Shown here: positions 39,348 through 49,231 of the stretch, piece by piece | Position numbering within the stretch: the first letter of the stretch is position 1 | Layout of the letters: every line of letters begins with the position of its first letter | Origin: Candidatus Dojkabacteria bacterium HGW-Dojkabacteria-1 | Lineage (GTDB): Bacteria > Patescibacteriota > Dojkabacteria > SC72 | Direction: 5' to 3' | DNA: 64,000 nucleotides | Assembly: GCA_002840365.1 (NCBI GenBank) | Contig: PHAO01000001.1 | Span: 239,242-303,241, forward strand | Made by a program: the position numbers and the translations under genes | The notes under the pieces: generated by a model | What the model saw: only the letters and a program-made list of their open reading frames with translations | Databases searched by the model: none | What the model was told of the DNA's origin: nothing

Positions 39348-41921
39348 GTGCATGCCCAGTATTCTGGATTAGGAAGTGGAACTATAGAATTACCATACGT
39401 AATTACAACATGTTCCCAATTACAGGAGATAGGGGATGATCCCACAGCTCACTATGTCTTAGGTAATGACATATATTGTGAAGAGAGTGAGTTATGGAAT
39501 GATGGTAATGGTTTTATACCTATTGGTGGAGGGCAGGATTTCTGGGGAACTTTAGATGGAAATAGTTTCACCATATATGATTTGTATATTAACAGACCCG
39601 AAGAGAATAATATTGGATTATTTCATACGATTGAGGGTGGAGAAGTGAAGAATTTAACACTTGAGAGAGCATATGTTAGAGGCAACGGCAGAGTTGGGGC
39701 TTTAGCAGGACAATCATCAGATGGAGATTATTTTAATATTTCAGTTATCGATTCAATTGTTATATCAGAAGATATCTATTTTGGAAGTAATGTCGGAGGA
39801 ATTGTAGGATTTAGTGAAGATAGTATTACTATTGAAAATTGTAGTTTTAATGGGACAGTAACAGGATACAATTATGTAGGAGGTCTTCTAGGAAATGGCT
39901 ATGGAGGAGGATCAGAAATATATATTATTGATTCGTATAATGAGGGAGTTATTTCTGGTAAAAGTGGTGTAGGTGGATTAGTAGGAGTTTCAAGTTATAT
40001 TCACGAGATATCTAATTCCTACAACACTGGTTCTGTTGTCGGTTTCTACAGAGTAGGTGGATTGGTAGGTTACTCACAGTATGATATTTCAATCACGGAT
40101 TCATACAATGAGGGTAGTATTTCTGGTTACTATCGTGTAGGAGGATTAGTAGGTGGTGTTGAGGAGAAGGTGACAATATTAAGATCGTACAATGAAGGCC
40201 CGATTTCTTCCCTTTTAGAAAATTATGATCCTGAAGAGTATGATTTACCTTCGTGGATAGATCAATATGTCTGTGTAGGTGGATTAGTAGGTGCAGCTTG
40301 GAAGAGTGATATTTCCAAGTCATATAATCTTGGTAATATGCAAGCATTGGGTGGTTCTAGGTCAGTTGGTGGTATTTTAGGTTGCGGAGGTTTAGTAGAT
40401 ATACAAGAGACTTACAATAAAGGTGATATAGAAACGGAATTAACAATTTCAAGGATGGTTTCAATAGATGGAGTTGGTGGTCTGGTAGGTATGGCAATTA
40501 ATATGAAGCTTATGAACACATATAATGCGGGGAATTTAAGTGTCAGCTATTGGAATGATTGTACAGAATATTTTACAGATGGCTATTTATATTTTTCATG
40601 TGGCTATTTCCCTTTCAGTGGCGGTTTAGTTGGTACCTCTATGGTTTCCTCTGTTAGAAATTCATATAACAGAGGTGATATTACTATTGCTGAGAGTCAG
40701 GAAGAATTAGCCGAAGGGGGAGTAGGTGGGTTATTTGGGCTTCTTCTAATGGATGAGTGGATGATAAATGATATAGTTAATAATTTTGAGAAGGATTTTG
40801 TAGAGAGAGTTACAACATATATAGCCGAATTAATTAATAATTTCGCAGTAGGATTAATAACAAACCTTTACACAGGGGATAATGTCTTTGTAGGAGGATT
40901 AGTGGGTATGTTTTTTGCAGGTAATTGTACAGATAATAACTGTGTAGATGAGTATATTAATTTTCAAAATAATTGGTGGTTTAATGGTATAACCAAAGCA
41001 ATAGGTACAGTGGTTGGAGATATCTTCAGTATTCCTCAAATGTATTCAGAAGAGCAAGAGGAAGGTAGGTTTGAAAGAGCAAGTACAATGGAAATATTTA
41101 AGACCTATTCACACAAGGTATACAATACTGATCCTGAATGGGATTTTAATACAATATGGAATTCGGTATATGATGGTAAAGGTTATCCAGTATTAGGAAT
41201 ACAAAGCTTGGTGATGCCTTCTGCACCTGTCGCTAGTGTTGTTTCTGGAACATATTCTAGTGGTTTTAATGTATCTCTTTCATCTTCAGCCAGTACAATT
41301 AGATATACAATAAATGGAATAAATCCATCATGTAGTACAGGAATAATATATACAGGTTTAATACCAATATCTTCATCCTCTGTGATTAAAGCTATTGGTT
41401 GTTCAGATGATGTTTCTTCTTCTCTTTCTGAGTTTACATACATCATATTGCCAAGTGGTCCAACACCAGATACAACACCGTCTTTAACAACTTTAATAAA
41501 GAGAAAGATATATACTCCTCCAACTGTGTTGGAGAATTTAGAATCAAGTAGTGAAGTACAAGAAGAGAAAGAGGAAACGAAGGTAGAAGAGAGTAAAGAA
41601 GTAGTATTTAGAATAAAGATTGTAGATGAGAAAGGTAATGCCTTGGTAGGTGCAAAGGTTATCTTTGAGGGTAAGGAGTATATTACTGATATGAATGGAG
41701 AAATAAGGGTTAATGGAATAGAGAGTGGTGAGTATGTATTAAAGATTACTCATGATGGTAAGGAGTATGAACAGGGGGTTGTTTTAGGGAATTCTAACCT
41801 TGTAACTGAGGTAATATTAGAAGATACAGAAAAGAAAGATTTCCCGTGGTGGGTAGTAATAGCTGTGGGTAGTGTATTACTAGTTACAGGAGTATATGCA
41901 TTTAGGAAGAAACAGATTTAG
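39348..41921 (+). CDS. surface protein with about ten tandem GLUG-like repeats (SYN-G-I-G ... VGGLVG), a CHB_HEX_C-like domain, a carboxypeptidase-regulatory-like domain and a C-terminal TM anchor
   Basis: Repeated [SY]YNxGxISGxxxVGGLVG units of roughly 25-30 aa; STIRYTINGINPSCSTGIIYTGLIPISSSSVIKAIG resembles the chitobiase/hexosaminidase C-terminal domain; C-terminal WWVVIAVGSVLLVTGVYAFRKK anchor. Confidence 0.6.
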   Translation: MHAQYSGLGSGTIELPYVITTCSQLQEIGDDPTAHYVLGNDIYCEESELWNDGNGFIPIGGGQDFWGTLDGNSFTIYDLYINRPEENNIGLFHTIEGGEVKNLTLERAYVRGNGRVGALAGQSSDGDYFNISVIDSIVISEDIYFGSNVGGIVGFSEDSITIENCSFNGTVTGYNYVGGLLGNGYGGGSEIYIIDSYNEGVISGKSGVGGLVGVSSYIHEISNSYNTGSVVGFYRVGGLVGYSQYDISITDSYNEGSISGYYRVGGLVGGVEEKVTILRSYNEGPISSLLENYDPEEYDLPSWIDQYVCVGGLVGAAWKSDISKSYNLGNMQALGGSRSVGGILGCGGLVDIQETYNKGDIETELTISRMVSIDGVGGLVGMAINMKLMNTYNAGNLSVSYWNDCTEYFTDGYLYFSCGYFPFSGGLVGTSMVSSVRNSYNRGDITIAESQEELAEGGVGGLFGLLLMDEWMINDIVNNFEKDFVERVTTYIAELINNFAVGLITNLYTGDNVFVGGLVGMFFAGNCTDNNCVDEYINFQNNWWFNGITKAIGTVVGDIFSIPQMYSEEQEEGRFERASTMEIFKTYSHKVYNTDPEWDFNTIWNSVYDGKGYPVLGIQSLVMPSAPVASVVSGTYSSGFNVSLSSSASTIRYTINGINPSCSTGIIYTGLIPISSSSVIKAIGCSDDVSSSLSEFTYIILPSGPTPDTTPSLTTLIKRKIYTPPTVLENLESSSEVQEEKEETKVEESKEVVFRIKIVDEKGNALVGAKVIFEGKEYITDMNGEIRVNGIESGEYVLKITHDGKEYEQGVVLGNSNLVTEVILEDTEKKDFPWWVVIAVGSVLLVTGVYAFRKKQI

Positions 41922-42149
41922 TATTTTTATCCTTTCTTTATACAAAGGTTTTGCTTACTAAAGCATTCTAATATATATTATAGGGATGAGAATAGAGAAG
42001 ACCTTCAATCCCCAACGTTTGAAAATACTCCTCAAGTATCACAGGGTATTACTGATTCAGGAAACAATCAAGATTAGTAATCCTAAAAAAATAATCTTTT
42101 CGTCTCCGGTCCATCTTCCTTTAATATTTATACGAAAGTATAATCATTT

Positions 42150-42875
42150 ATGGTTACCTTTAAAGTCGATAAAGAATATGTATTTCAAGAATTAAAATCT
42201 CTTCTTAATGACGATTCTGTTTTTAAAGATGAAGTATTTGAAGTTCTTGAAAAAGATTTTCCTGAGTTAGTAAAGGAGTATAAATCTAATCCTTCAGATG
42301 AGGTAATAAAGAGGTATTTAAATCTAGTTATTGATAATTCTGTAGAGGAATACAAAGTAGAACTAGAGAAGTATTGGAGACAGTATGAGAGTAATATATT
42401 ATCAGCCCTATTTGAGATAACTGGAGTATCAATAGATACAGATATTACATGCTACTTAAGGAACATACATTGGTATCCAAGAGATATTGATAAACAAGAA
42501 TTTGCACTTTGTGCTCAGGATTCCTTGTTTAACAGTATGTCTACTATGATCCATGAGATCACGCATTTTTACTACTTTAAAAAATGGGAGGAAGTATTTC
42601 CTGATATACCAAAAGAACAATATGAAGCACCTCACCCATATTGGCATTTAAGTGAATTAATGGCATATGTTATTGATAACGATATTAGAATAAGAGGAAT
42701 TAGCTATACTACATGGATACAATCAGAGTATGCTTATCAATGGTTTGATAATGAAGGAAAGATATCTATTCAGGGATATTTTGATAGGTTGTATAATGAA
42801 AACATTACAGATTTCAAAGAATTCCTGTTGAAGGCTAAAAAAGTTGTTGATGAGAATCCTGGACTTTTTGAGTAG
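42150..42875 (+). CDS. putative zinc metallopeptidase (HExxH motif)
   Basis: MIHEITHFYY HExxH motif in a 241-aa cytoplasmic-looking protein. Confidence 0.4.
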   Translation: MVTFKVDKEYVFQELKSLLNDDSVFKDEVFEVLEKDFPELVKEYKSNPSDEVIKRYLNLVIDNSVEEYKVELEKYWRQYESNILSALFEITGVSIDTDITCYLRNIHWYPRDIDKQEFALCAQDSLFNSMSTMIHEITHFYYFKKWEEVFPDIPKEQYEAPHPYWHLSELMAYVIDNDIRIRGISYTTWIQSEYAYQWFDNEGKISIQGYFDRLYNENITDFKEFLLKAKKVVDENPGLFE

Positions 42876-42930
42876 AGATTGGAATTGGGAGGAAAATTAG
42901 TTTAGAACCAAAAAGAAAAGCAGGAAATTT

Positions 42931-43446
42931 TTATACTTTTTCATTCCCAATTATCTGATATATATCATTCCGAATTTTCCCAATATTGTTTACATCTGTA
43001 CTTTGTATCCTAAGTAGAGGCATATTGGCTTCTTGAAAGATTCTTTCTACTAAATTATCTCTATCTCTCCTATCATTTCTTGAGTGGGAGATATCATCTA
43101 ATTCTATTGCTAAAAGGGGTGAAAGATATACTTTGTCACAGATTACATAGTCTATAGATTTTCTTTGTATATGGCTTAGAGCCCCTTTCCAGTCTTGTCC
43201 TATTACTTTGTTATCTAATATTGAATCTAAATGTATCTGTGGAAATATGTAATATCGGTTATCTAACAGTTGGTTTAAGGTCTTAAAGAGATCGGATTCC
43301 GCTTTTGTTAATAGGTACTTCTTTCTAGTATATTGATATATTTTTTTGGTTTTATACCTATTTTTCTTTTTTATTAATGATGAAACTACAGAGAGTAATG
43401 CAAAGATAGGGATGAGGATTAGGATGTATATTATGAAGGTATCCAT
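42931..43446 (-). CDS. membrane-anchored DUF2726 (NERD-like) domain protein
   Basis: N-terminal TM; KSIDYVICDK ... AIELDDISH ... RDRDNLVERIF resembles the DUF2726 pattern. Confidence 0.5.
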   Translation of the reverse strand: MDTFIIYILILIPIFALLSVVSSLIKKKNRYKTKKIYQYTRKKYLLTKAESDLFKTLNQLLDNRYYIFPQIHLDSILDNKVIGQDWKGALSHIQRKSIDYVICDKVYLSPLLAIELDDISHSRNDRRDRDNLVERIFQEANMPLLRIQSTDVNNIGKIRNDIYQIIGNEKV

Positions 43447-43472
43447 GTTAATAGTATATATTGTTGTTTAGA

Positions 43473-44054
43473 TTATTCAAAACTTTTAAAAATTTCTTTG
43501 TAAAAGGAAAATTTTGAAGAAACATTATTATTTAAAACCTCTAGAGTGTGCCCAAGCATCTGATAATTAACAGAGAGTATCGCATCCTCACTTAATAAAG
43601 GATAATCCTTCTTTAAGTTTGTCCAATCAAGAGATTCTGCATTTACATGGCTAAAACTATGAGTGATTTTTACTACCTTATTGTAGTATTCTTTTGAAAA
43701 TCCAACCTCTAACATTCTCTCCCCAAGGTTACTTTTTGTCCATCTCTTCCCGAATCCAAAATCATCTTTGGAGATATCTACGAGATATTCCTTTATTCTC
43801 GTTTCAAAATTTTTATTTAAAATCCATTTTAAATTTACGGTATTTTCTATTAAAGATCTTAGTAAGATGGCTGCTTCCTGAGTAAAATTCTTCTCACATA
43901 ATAAAAGAATTGCCCCAGTAATATGAAATGAATTATAAGAGAGGCTGTGGATTAAAATATTTTTAGGAGTTTTTTCATAATTTCTTCCGATTTCGTCGAA
44001 GACAGAGTCCGTTTTTTTAATAGTATCAACAATTACACTTCTATATTGTCTCAT
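43473..44054 (-). CDS. hypothetical protein immediately downstream of the Type IIG RM gene (overlapping stop/start)
   Basis: 193-aa ORF overlapping the RM gene end by 14 nt; no motifs. Confidence 0.45.
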   Translation of the reverse strand: MRQYRSVIVDTIKKTDSVFDEIGRNYEKTPKNILIHSLSYNSFHITGAILLLCEKNFTQEAAILLRSLIENTVNLKWILNKNFETRIKEYLVDISKDDFGFGKRWTKSNLGERMLEVGFSKEYYNKVVKITHSFSHVNAESLDWTNLKKDYPLLSEDAILSVNYQMLGHTLEVLNNNVSSKFSFYKEIFKSFE

Positions 44055-47000
44055 TTTTTATATTTTTATCAATTTCTTTCATAATCCTATCTGTTTTTTC
44101 TAGAATTACTATTATTTTTTGATAATGCTCTATGTCTATGTTAGTTAATTCTATTCCTCTTCTATCCTTTAACCATTTTTGTGCAGGCTGATAACCACCT
44201 ATATAGAAATTCCATGCAATTTCAGACACATTTCCAAAGTATTGGGTATCATTAATATAGACATTGCTGTTTTTGTATCTTATTTTTTCTACAACATCAG
44301 ATCCACTAATAGGATATGTAGTTATATATTTATTAATTTTTGATGATTCCATTAAATGTAATTCTCTTAGTTTTGTTCCTATCTTTACTAATTTCTTAAA
44401 AGATTCTTTGTCTTTAGGGTATGGTACTCTAGGAAAATCTATCTTTAAGAATTCTTTGTATTTCTCCCTATATTTAGGACTATGTAATACTGCATATATA
44501 TAATCAAAGATATCTTCTGGTGTAGTTTTACCAACTATTTCCTCTATTTTTTTCACTATTTCGGTATTCAAGTTTGGTGTTTTAGTACCATCGTCGGAAT
44601 AGAGGTAGAGTGGGAAGACATAGCTATTATCTAATGGGGAGCAAATAGCCTTATCAGTTATATCCTTTGTCACAAAGTAACAATGAAATGGGCTTCGGTC
44701 TCTTTTTGTGCTATTTAGAACGAAATTAGGCTTTTCGAGAATATGTTTCATAACTGCATGTCGAGGATTGAAAACAATGTTCTTATGATAATAAATAAAT
44801 CTGTTATCAAAAATCCTGTAAGAGTATGTCTTAATCAAATCTTCCCTATATGTTTTTCCTCCTTTTCTTGTGTCAGATAATTTCCAAAGAGCGTTGTCTT
44901 GGAGTGAATATTTTGATTTAATTTCTTCATCTGTTAGGTTAGGATCATAGAAGTCTTTAATCTTTTTCTCTAAGTTATTTTTGTTTGTATTTACAGCATA
45001 ATTGTCCTTTGCGGTAGTAATACCCATACTGTGAACTTTAAAAAATTCTTGCAATGAAATTCCTCTGTTATATTCATTTATATTTTCATAATTTTTTTCC
45101 TCAAAGAAGTAGTAAGGTTCTTGATACTTTATTTGTAGAAAAGGAGTAGATCCAATTTTGAGTGAATTTAACTCTCTTAATTTCTTTTCTCTAGTTCCCC
45201 AGATATCATATCTAAATATTTTTCCTAATTCATTAGATTTTTTCTTGTTTGTTTTTATACCAATAAATATTGCTACTCCAGGTTGAATATCAAAAACATT
45301 TTCATCTTTACTTCCATCTGGACTAATATCTTTTGTCTTTGTATTTCCATGCAAATCTATTATGTAGATTTTGTCAAAGGTTTTAAGTAAACTCCATCTC
45401 ATACCCCTAAAGGTGGGATTTTCTAAGTAACCATGGTTTGTTATGAAGGCAACAATTCCAGAATTATTCTTTTCAATGAAATTCTCTGCTAAGCCAAAAA
45501 ATTTTACATAATCATCATTTAGCCAATGTTTTTTTTCTTTTAATTTCTCATCTCCTCCTGGCTCAACTTTGTATTTATTAATTATACTCTTCGCATAAGG
45601 AGTTTCGTTTGAGGAAACTCCGCTATAAGGAGGATTTCCTATTACCACCATAACGGAAGTGTTTCTCTTAATCTTTTCTGCTTCCTTAGATTCTTCGGTA
45701 ATACTTTCTGCAAAACCAAAAGAAAATAGACCTTCTTGTTTAATCCCTTGTTCTAAGGCATTTGTTAAATAAATACCTAATCTTTTATTAAAATGTATAA
45801 AGCCAGTCTTTTTAAATGCAATACTTAGCTTAAGGTGAGCTATGGTATATGGAGCCATCATTAATTCAAAAGCATGAATACGAGGTAAAAGATCATGATG
45901 AACATATGAAGGCCACCGGCCTTTTTGACCAGAATCTAAAATATTTTTATAAATGAGGTTTATAACTGCACTAATAAAAGTCCCTGTTCCAGTGGCAGGA
46001 TCCAATACTTGAACAGTATGTTTTCCATCTGCAGATTTTGAAGTATCTGCTAAACCATTGTGAAGATTAAAATCTTTTTTGAGAATGGTATCTACTGAAG
46101 TCACGATGAAATTCACAACGGGGAGGGGTGTATAGTATGCCCCCATTCTTTTTCTTAAAGCAGGATCATACTCTTGAAGGAAGTCTTCGTAAAAATGTAT
46201 CACAGGATCTTTACCATCTTTTTTTTCAAAGTATTCCTCAAGTAGATTTTTTACATCAGCATGAGAGAAAATTTGGCAAAGTTCATCTACAATATATTCC
46301 AATCTTTTATCGAAATTAGGTCCTGCTATATGATCGAAAAAATGCATTAGTAAGGGATTGGATTGGGGTACTAAATCTCTTGCTTCCTGCCTTGTAAAAC
46401 GATCTTGAGATTCATCGTTATATCTTGCTGCGAATAAGCCGTAGACCAATGTCTGGGCATACATATCCGCAAAAGATTCTACAGTTAGATCGCTTACTAA
46501 AAGTTTCTTAATCATTTCATAGACTCTCGCAATTTCTGTTCCTTCTTTTAAGAATTCTTTAACATTATCTCTTATTCTTTGTGCTTTCCCCGCCATTATT
46601 TTTGAGAGGTGAGCTCCCGATTTAATTGGTTCTTTGTATGATTTTGAGAAATCAACGAGCGTCTTTTCTAAAAGGACATAGTTATCGGGGATAGAAGATA
46701 TTGTTTTTGTTTTTTTATCGACATTTCCAATTTTAATAGGTTCCTGATATAAAAGACCATTTCTGTAAAAGCGAAATTCTAGATAATCAGTTAATACAAG
46801 ATTTGCATATCCATAGTACCTAGCCATTTGCTCAGATTTTTCTATCTTGTCTAAAGATACTCCTAAATCCTTTGTTTCCATGTATAAGATAGGGATTTCC
46901 CCATTAAAAATAACAAAGTCTGGTTTATTTTTATCCTCGGTTTTAGCCTCTTGCCTTATTTTTCTTACTTCAATTCGATTAAAAATTTCCTGTAGTAGAT

Positions 47001-47094
47001 TCTGTATTGGTGTTCTATATGAATACTCTGTTCCTTTTTCACTTTTGTATATTTCAGATATGGAAGAAAGATATTTTTCGAAGGTTTGTTGCAT
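44041..47094 (-). CDS. Type IIG/IIL-like restriction-modification enzyme: N-terminal PD-(D/E)xK nuclease fused to a gamma-class N6-adenine DNA methyltransferase and a C-terminal target-recognition region
   Basis: KPDFVIF-x11-ETKD (PD ... ExK); motif I VLDPATGTGTF; motif IV VIGNPPYSG; 1017 aa; AT-rich relative to flanks. Confidence 0.8.
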   Translation of the reverse strand: MQQTFEKYLSSISEIYKSEKGTEYSYRTPIQNLLQEIFNRIEVRKIRQEAKTEDKNKPDFVIFNGEIPILYMETKDLGVSLDKIEKSEQMARYYGYANLVLTDYLEFRFYRNGLLYQEPIKIGNVDKKTKTISSIPDNYVLLEKTLVDFSKSYKEPIKSGAHLSKIMAGKAQRIRDNVKEFLKEGTEIARVYEMIKKLLVSDLTVESFADMYAQTLVYGLFAARYNDESQDRFTRQEARDLVPQSNPLLMHFFDHIAGPNFDKRLEYIVDELCQIFSHADVKNLLEEYFEKKDGKDPVIHFYEDFLQEYDPALRKRMGAYYTPLPVVNFIVTSVDTILKKDFNLHNGLADTSKSADGKHTVQVLDPATGTGTFISAVINLIYKNILDSGQKGRWPSYVHHDLLPRIHAFELMMAPYTIAHLKLSIAFKKTGFIHFNKRLGIYLTNALEQGIKQEGLFSFGFAESITEESKEAEKIKRNTSVMVVIGNPPYSGVSSNETPYAKSIINKYKVEPGGDEKLKEKKHWLNDDYVKFFGLAENFIEKNNSGIVAFITNHGYLENPTFRGMRWSLLKTFDKIYIIDLHGNTKTKDISPDGSKDENVFDIQPGVAIFIGIKTNKKKSNELGKIFRYDIWGTREKKLRELNSLKIGSTPFLQIKYQEPYYFFEEKNYENINEYNRGISLQEFFKVHSMGITTAKDNYAVNTNKNNLEKKIKDFYDPNLTDEEIKSKYSLQDNALWKLSDTRKGGKTYREDLIKTYSYRIFDNRFIYYHKNIVFNPRHAVMKHILEKPNFVLNSTKRDRSPFHCYFVTKDITDKAICSPLDNSYVFPLYLYSDDGTKTPNLNTEIVKKIEEIVGKTTPEDIFDYIYAVLHSPKYREKYKEFLKIDFPRVPYPKDKESFKKLVKIGTKLRELHLMESSKINKYITTYPISGSDVVEKIRYKNSNVYINDTQYFGNVSEIAWNFYIGGYQPAQKWLKDRRGIELTNIDIEHYQKIIVILEKTDRIMKEIDKNIKNETI

Positions 47095-47172
47095 TAACTT
47101 TTGTTAGAATTGTTAAGTTAGCTTATAGAATTTTACATTTTCTTAGTTTTTATAACAAGGGAAGAAAAGTAG

Positions 47173-48171
47173 TTATTCTTCTTTCTTTGGATATTTTTTT
47201 AGCATTTTTGATAACAACAGAAGGGTTATTTCTATTGCAATATTTCTAGATAAACGGAAATATTCCTTATTTGAAACAAAAGAATGCCCTCCCTCTTTAT
47301 GAAGAACTCCGACAAAGGAGGTTATTAGGTCATCGTCTCTATCCGATAATTCTAATTTTATTTTAAGATATCGCCTATAACGTGCAATATCTCGCAAATT
47401 TTTTCCTTCAGGGTCTTTATATTTCGGAATATTATCTCCTTCAACTGAAGAGATTCTTTTTGCTATATCTTGAACCAAATCACTGAAAAAAGATCGGAAA
47501 TCATTAATTAAACCTGCTGATATGCTACGACTTTTTGTGTTAAGATGTTCGTCTATCTCAGTTAAAAATTCGTTATATTTCTCATCTAAGTCGATATATT
47601 TTATTATTCTTTTTACCTCTTTTACATCTTTGTTAATTTCAATATTTACTGCTCTAAGTTCACCTTTTAATCCTATGATTGAGAGATCAATTAACTTTTG
47701 TAAGACTTCTTCCTTAAAATTGTTCAAATCTTGAAAAAATTCGTGAACGAGTATCTTCTTTAGAGATAATCTTAAATCAAACAATTCATCAGTTGAGAGA
47801 GAAATGAGATTCTCTTCGAGTATTAGGTCAATGAAAGAGAAAATATTGGAAGATTCATTACTTAGATTGTTATAAAGACTTGATTGAATATGTTCTAAAA
47901 CCTTGTCTTTGTGTCCAAGATTAAATAACGTCCATGATCTAATGGGCAAAGTGTTTATATCATATCTTGAAAGTAGTAGCTTAACAAAAGAGCTTCTTAG
48001 TTCTACGTTGGTTTCCTCGATAGAGTGATATAGATCTTGTAAAATTTCGGAATTGGGATAAGAAAAATTGCTATCAGAATCAAGAAAGAAGGTGAATATT
48101 CTACTGTTGATATCGGAAATTTCCTTTGTTAAAACAATTTGAACTCTTTTTTCTAACTTTTCTTCATTCAT
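47173..48171 (-). CDS. hypothetical protein heading the defence-island operon; start refined to MNEEKLEK because the longer ORF runs into tRNA-Asp
   Basis: 332-aa ORF on the same strand 78 nt upstream of the RM gene. Confidence 0.45.
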   Translation of the reverse strand: MNEEKLEKRVQIVLTKEISDINSRIFTFFLDSDSNFSYPNSEILQDLYHSIEETNVELRSSFVKLLLSRYDINTLPIRSWTLFNLGHKDKVLEHIQSSLYNNLSNESSNIFSFIDLILEENLISLSTDELFDLRLSLKKILVHEFFQDLNNFKEEVLQKLIDLSIIGLKGELRAVNIEINKDVKEVKRIIKYIDLDEKYNEFLTEIDEHLNTKSRSISAGLINDFRSFFSDLVQDIAKRISSVEGDNIPKYKDPEGKNLRDIARYRRYLKIKLELSDRDDDLITSFVGVLHKEGGHSFVSNKEYFRLSRNIAIEITLLLLSKMLKKYPKKEE

Positions 48172-48183
48172 TATTCTTGAAAA

Positions 48184-48260
48184 TGGCGGGGTGAACGGGA
48201 CTCGAACCCGCAACCTTTGCAGTGACAGTGCAATGCTCTAACCAGTTGAGCTACCACCCC
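48184..48260 (-). tRNA. tRNA-Asp (anticodon GTC)
   Basis: Reverse complement reads GGGGTGGTAGCTCAACTGGTTAGAGC ... TTGCA-CTGTCAC-TGCAA ... GGGTTCGAGTCCCG ... CCGCCA. Confidence 0.85.
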
Positions 48261-48343
48261 AAAATGCTAAAAGAGTATATCAAACGTATATTAAAAATAC
48301 AATGTGATATAATTTTTGTATATAAATATATAAAGCCCCATAT

Positions 48344-49231
48344 ATGGATAATAATATACTCTCCTTAATAAGTAATTTCGCAGAAATTACCCTCTTTAAT
48401 GTAGATGAACAAGGAAGAATAAAGAAAGTAATACTAAATACCAAAGAAAATTTCAAAACAACAGGAGTTAAATATGTATTTGAGTTCTTTTCTAAAGAAG
48501 ATGCAGCTAGATTAATGGATATGCTAAGTGTAGGAATTGATCAAGAAAGAGAATACTTTCTCTTCAAAAGACAATTCAATATCCCTGACTATGCAGATGT
48601 AAGTGTAAGAACTATAAATGGAGAGATATATGTAGGATTCCAATTCTACAAAACCTCAAGAGAAAGAGAACTAACATTGGAAAGAAGAATCAATGAATTA
48701 AATACTGCTGCTAATACAGATCCAATGACTAAACTCCTTAACAGATATGGATATTGGGAAAGGGTAAAAGCGATACTTAACTGTGGAGACTCTGAAAGAA
48801 GGGTAGGTATATTGGTAGTAGATATAGACAAATTAAAGACCATTAACGATACAATGGGACACAAGACAGGAGACAAGGCAATTACACAGATAGGGGATTT
48901 AATATCATCCACTATACGTAATCGGGACATAGCGGTTAGATATGGAGGTGATGAGTTTGTAATAGTGGTTGAGGAGCTATCCGGAAGTAAGAGTACTGCA
49001 CATGGATTAGGTAGTAGACTTGTAAGAACTATTAATCAAAACAAAAAGAATTTCCTAACAACAACATCCATAGGGGTACATGTTACAAGAGTTGGAGATT
49101 TTGAAAAATATCTTAACAATGAAAACAAACTAAGAAAGGAATGGGACAAAGCAGTAGAGATTGCAGACAAAATGGCATACAAAGCTAAGGAAAATGGCCG
49201 TAACCAAGTACAATTCTCTAAGGAAGCTTAA
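48344..49231 (+). CDS. GGDEF-domain diguanylate cyclase with an uncharacterised N-terminal sensor domain
   Basis: RYGGDEFVIVV GGDEF motif preceded by the RxxD-like I-site region. Confidence 0.8.
   Translation: MDNNILSLISNFAEITLFNVDEQGRIKKVILNTKENFKTTGVKYVFEFFSKEDAARLMDMLSVGIDQEREYFLFKRQFNIPDYADVSVRTINGEIYVGFQFYKTSRERELTLERRINELNTAANTDPMTKLLNRYGYWERVKAILNCGDSERRVGILVVDIDKLKTINDTMGHKTGDKAITQIGDLISSTIRNRDIAVRYGGDEFVIVVEELSGSKSTAHGLGSRLVRTINQNKKNFLTTTSIGVHVTRVGDFEKYLNNENKLRKEWDKAVEIADKMAYKAKENGRNQVQFSKEA

Noticed and set aside
47173-48213. Longer version of the 346-aa ORF starting at MRVRVPFTPPFSR
   Set aside because: Its first 14 codons are the reverse complement of tRNA-Asp. The start was moved to the internal Met (48171).
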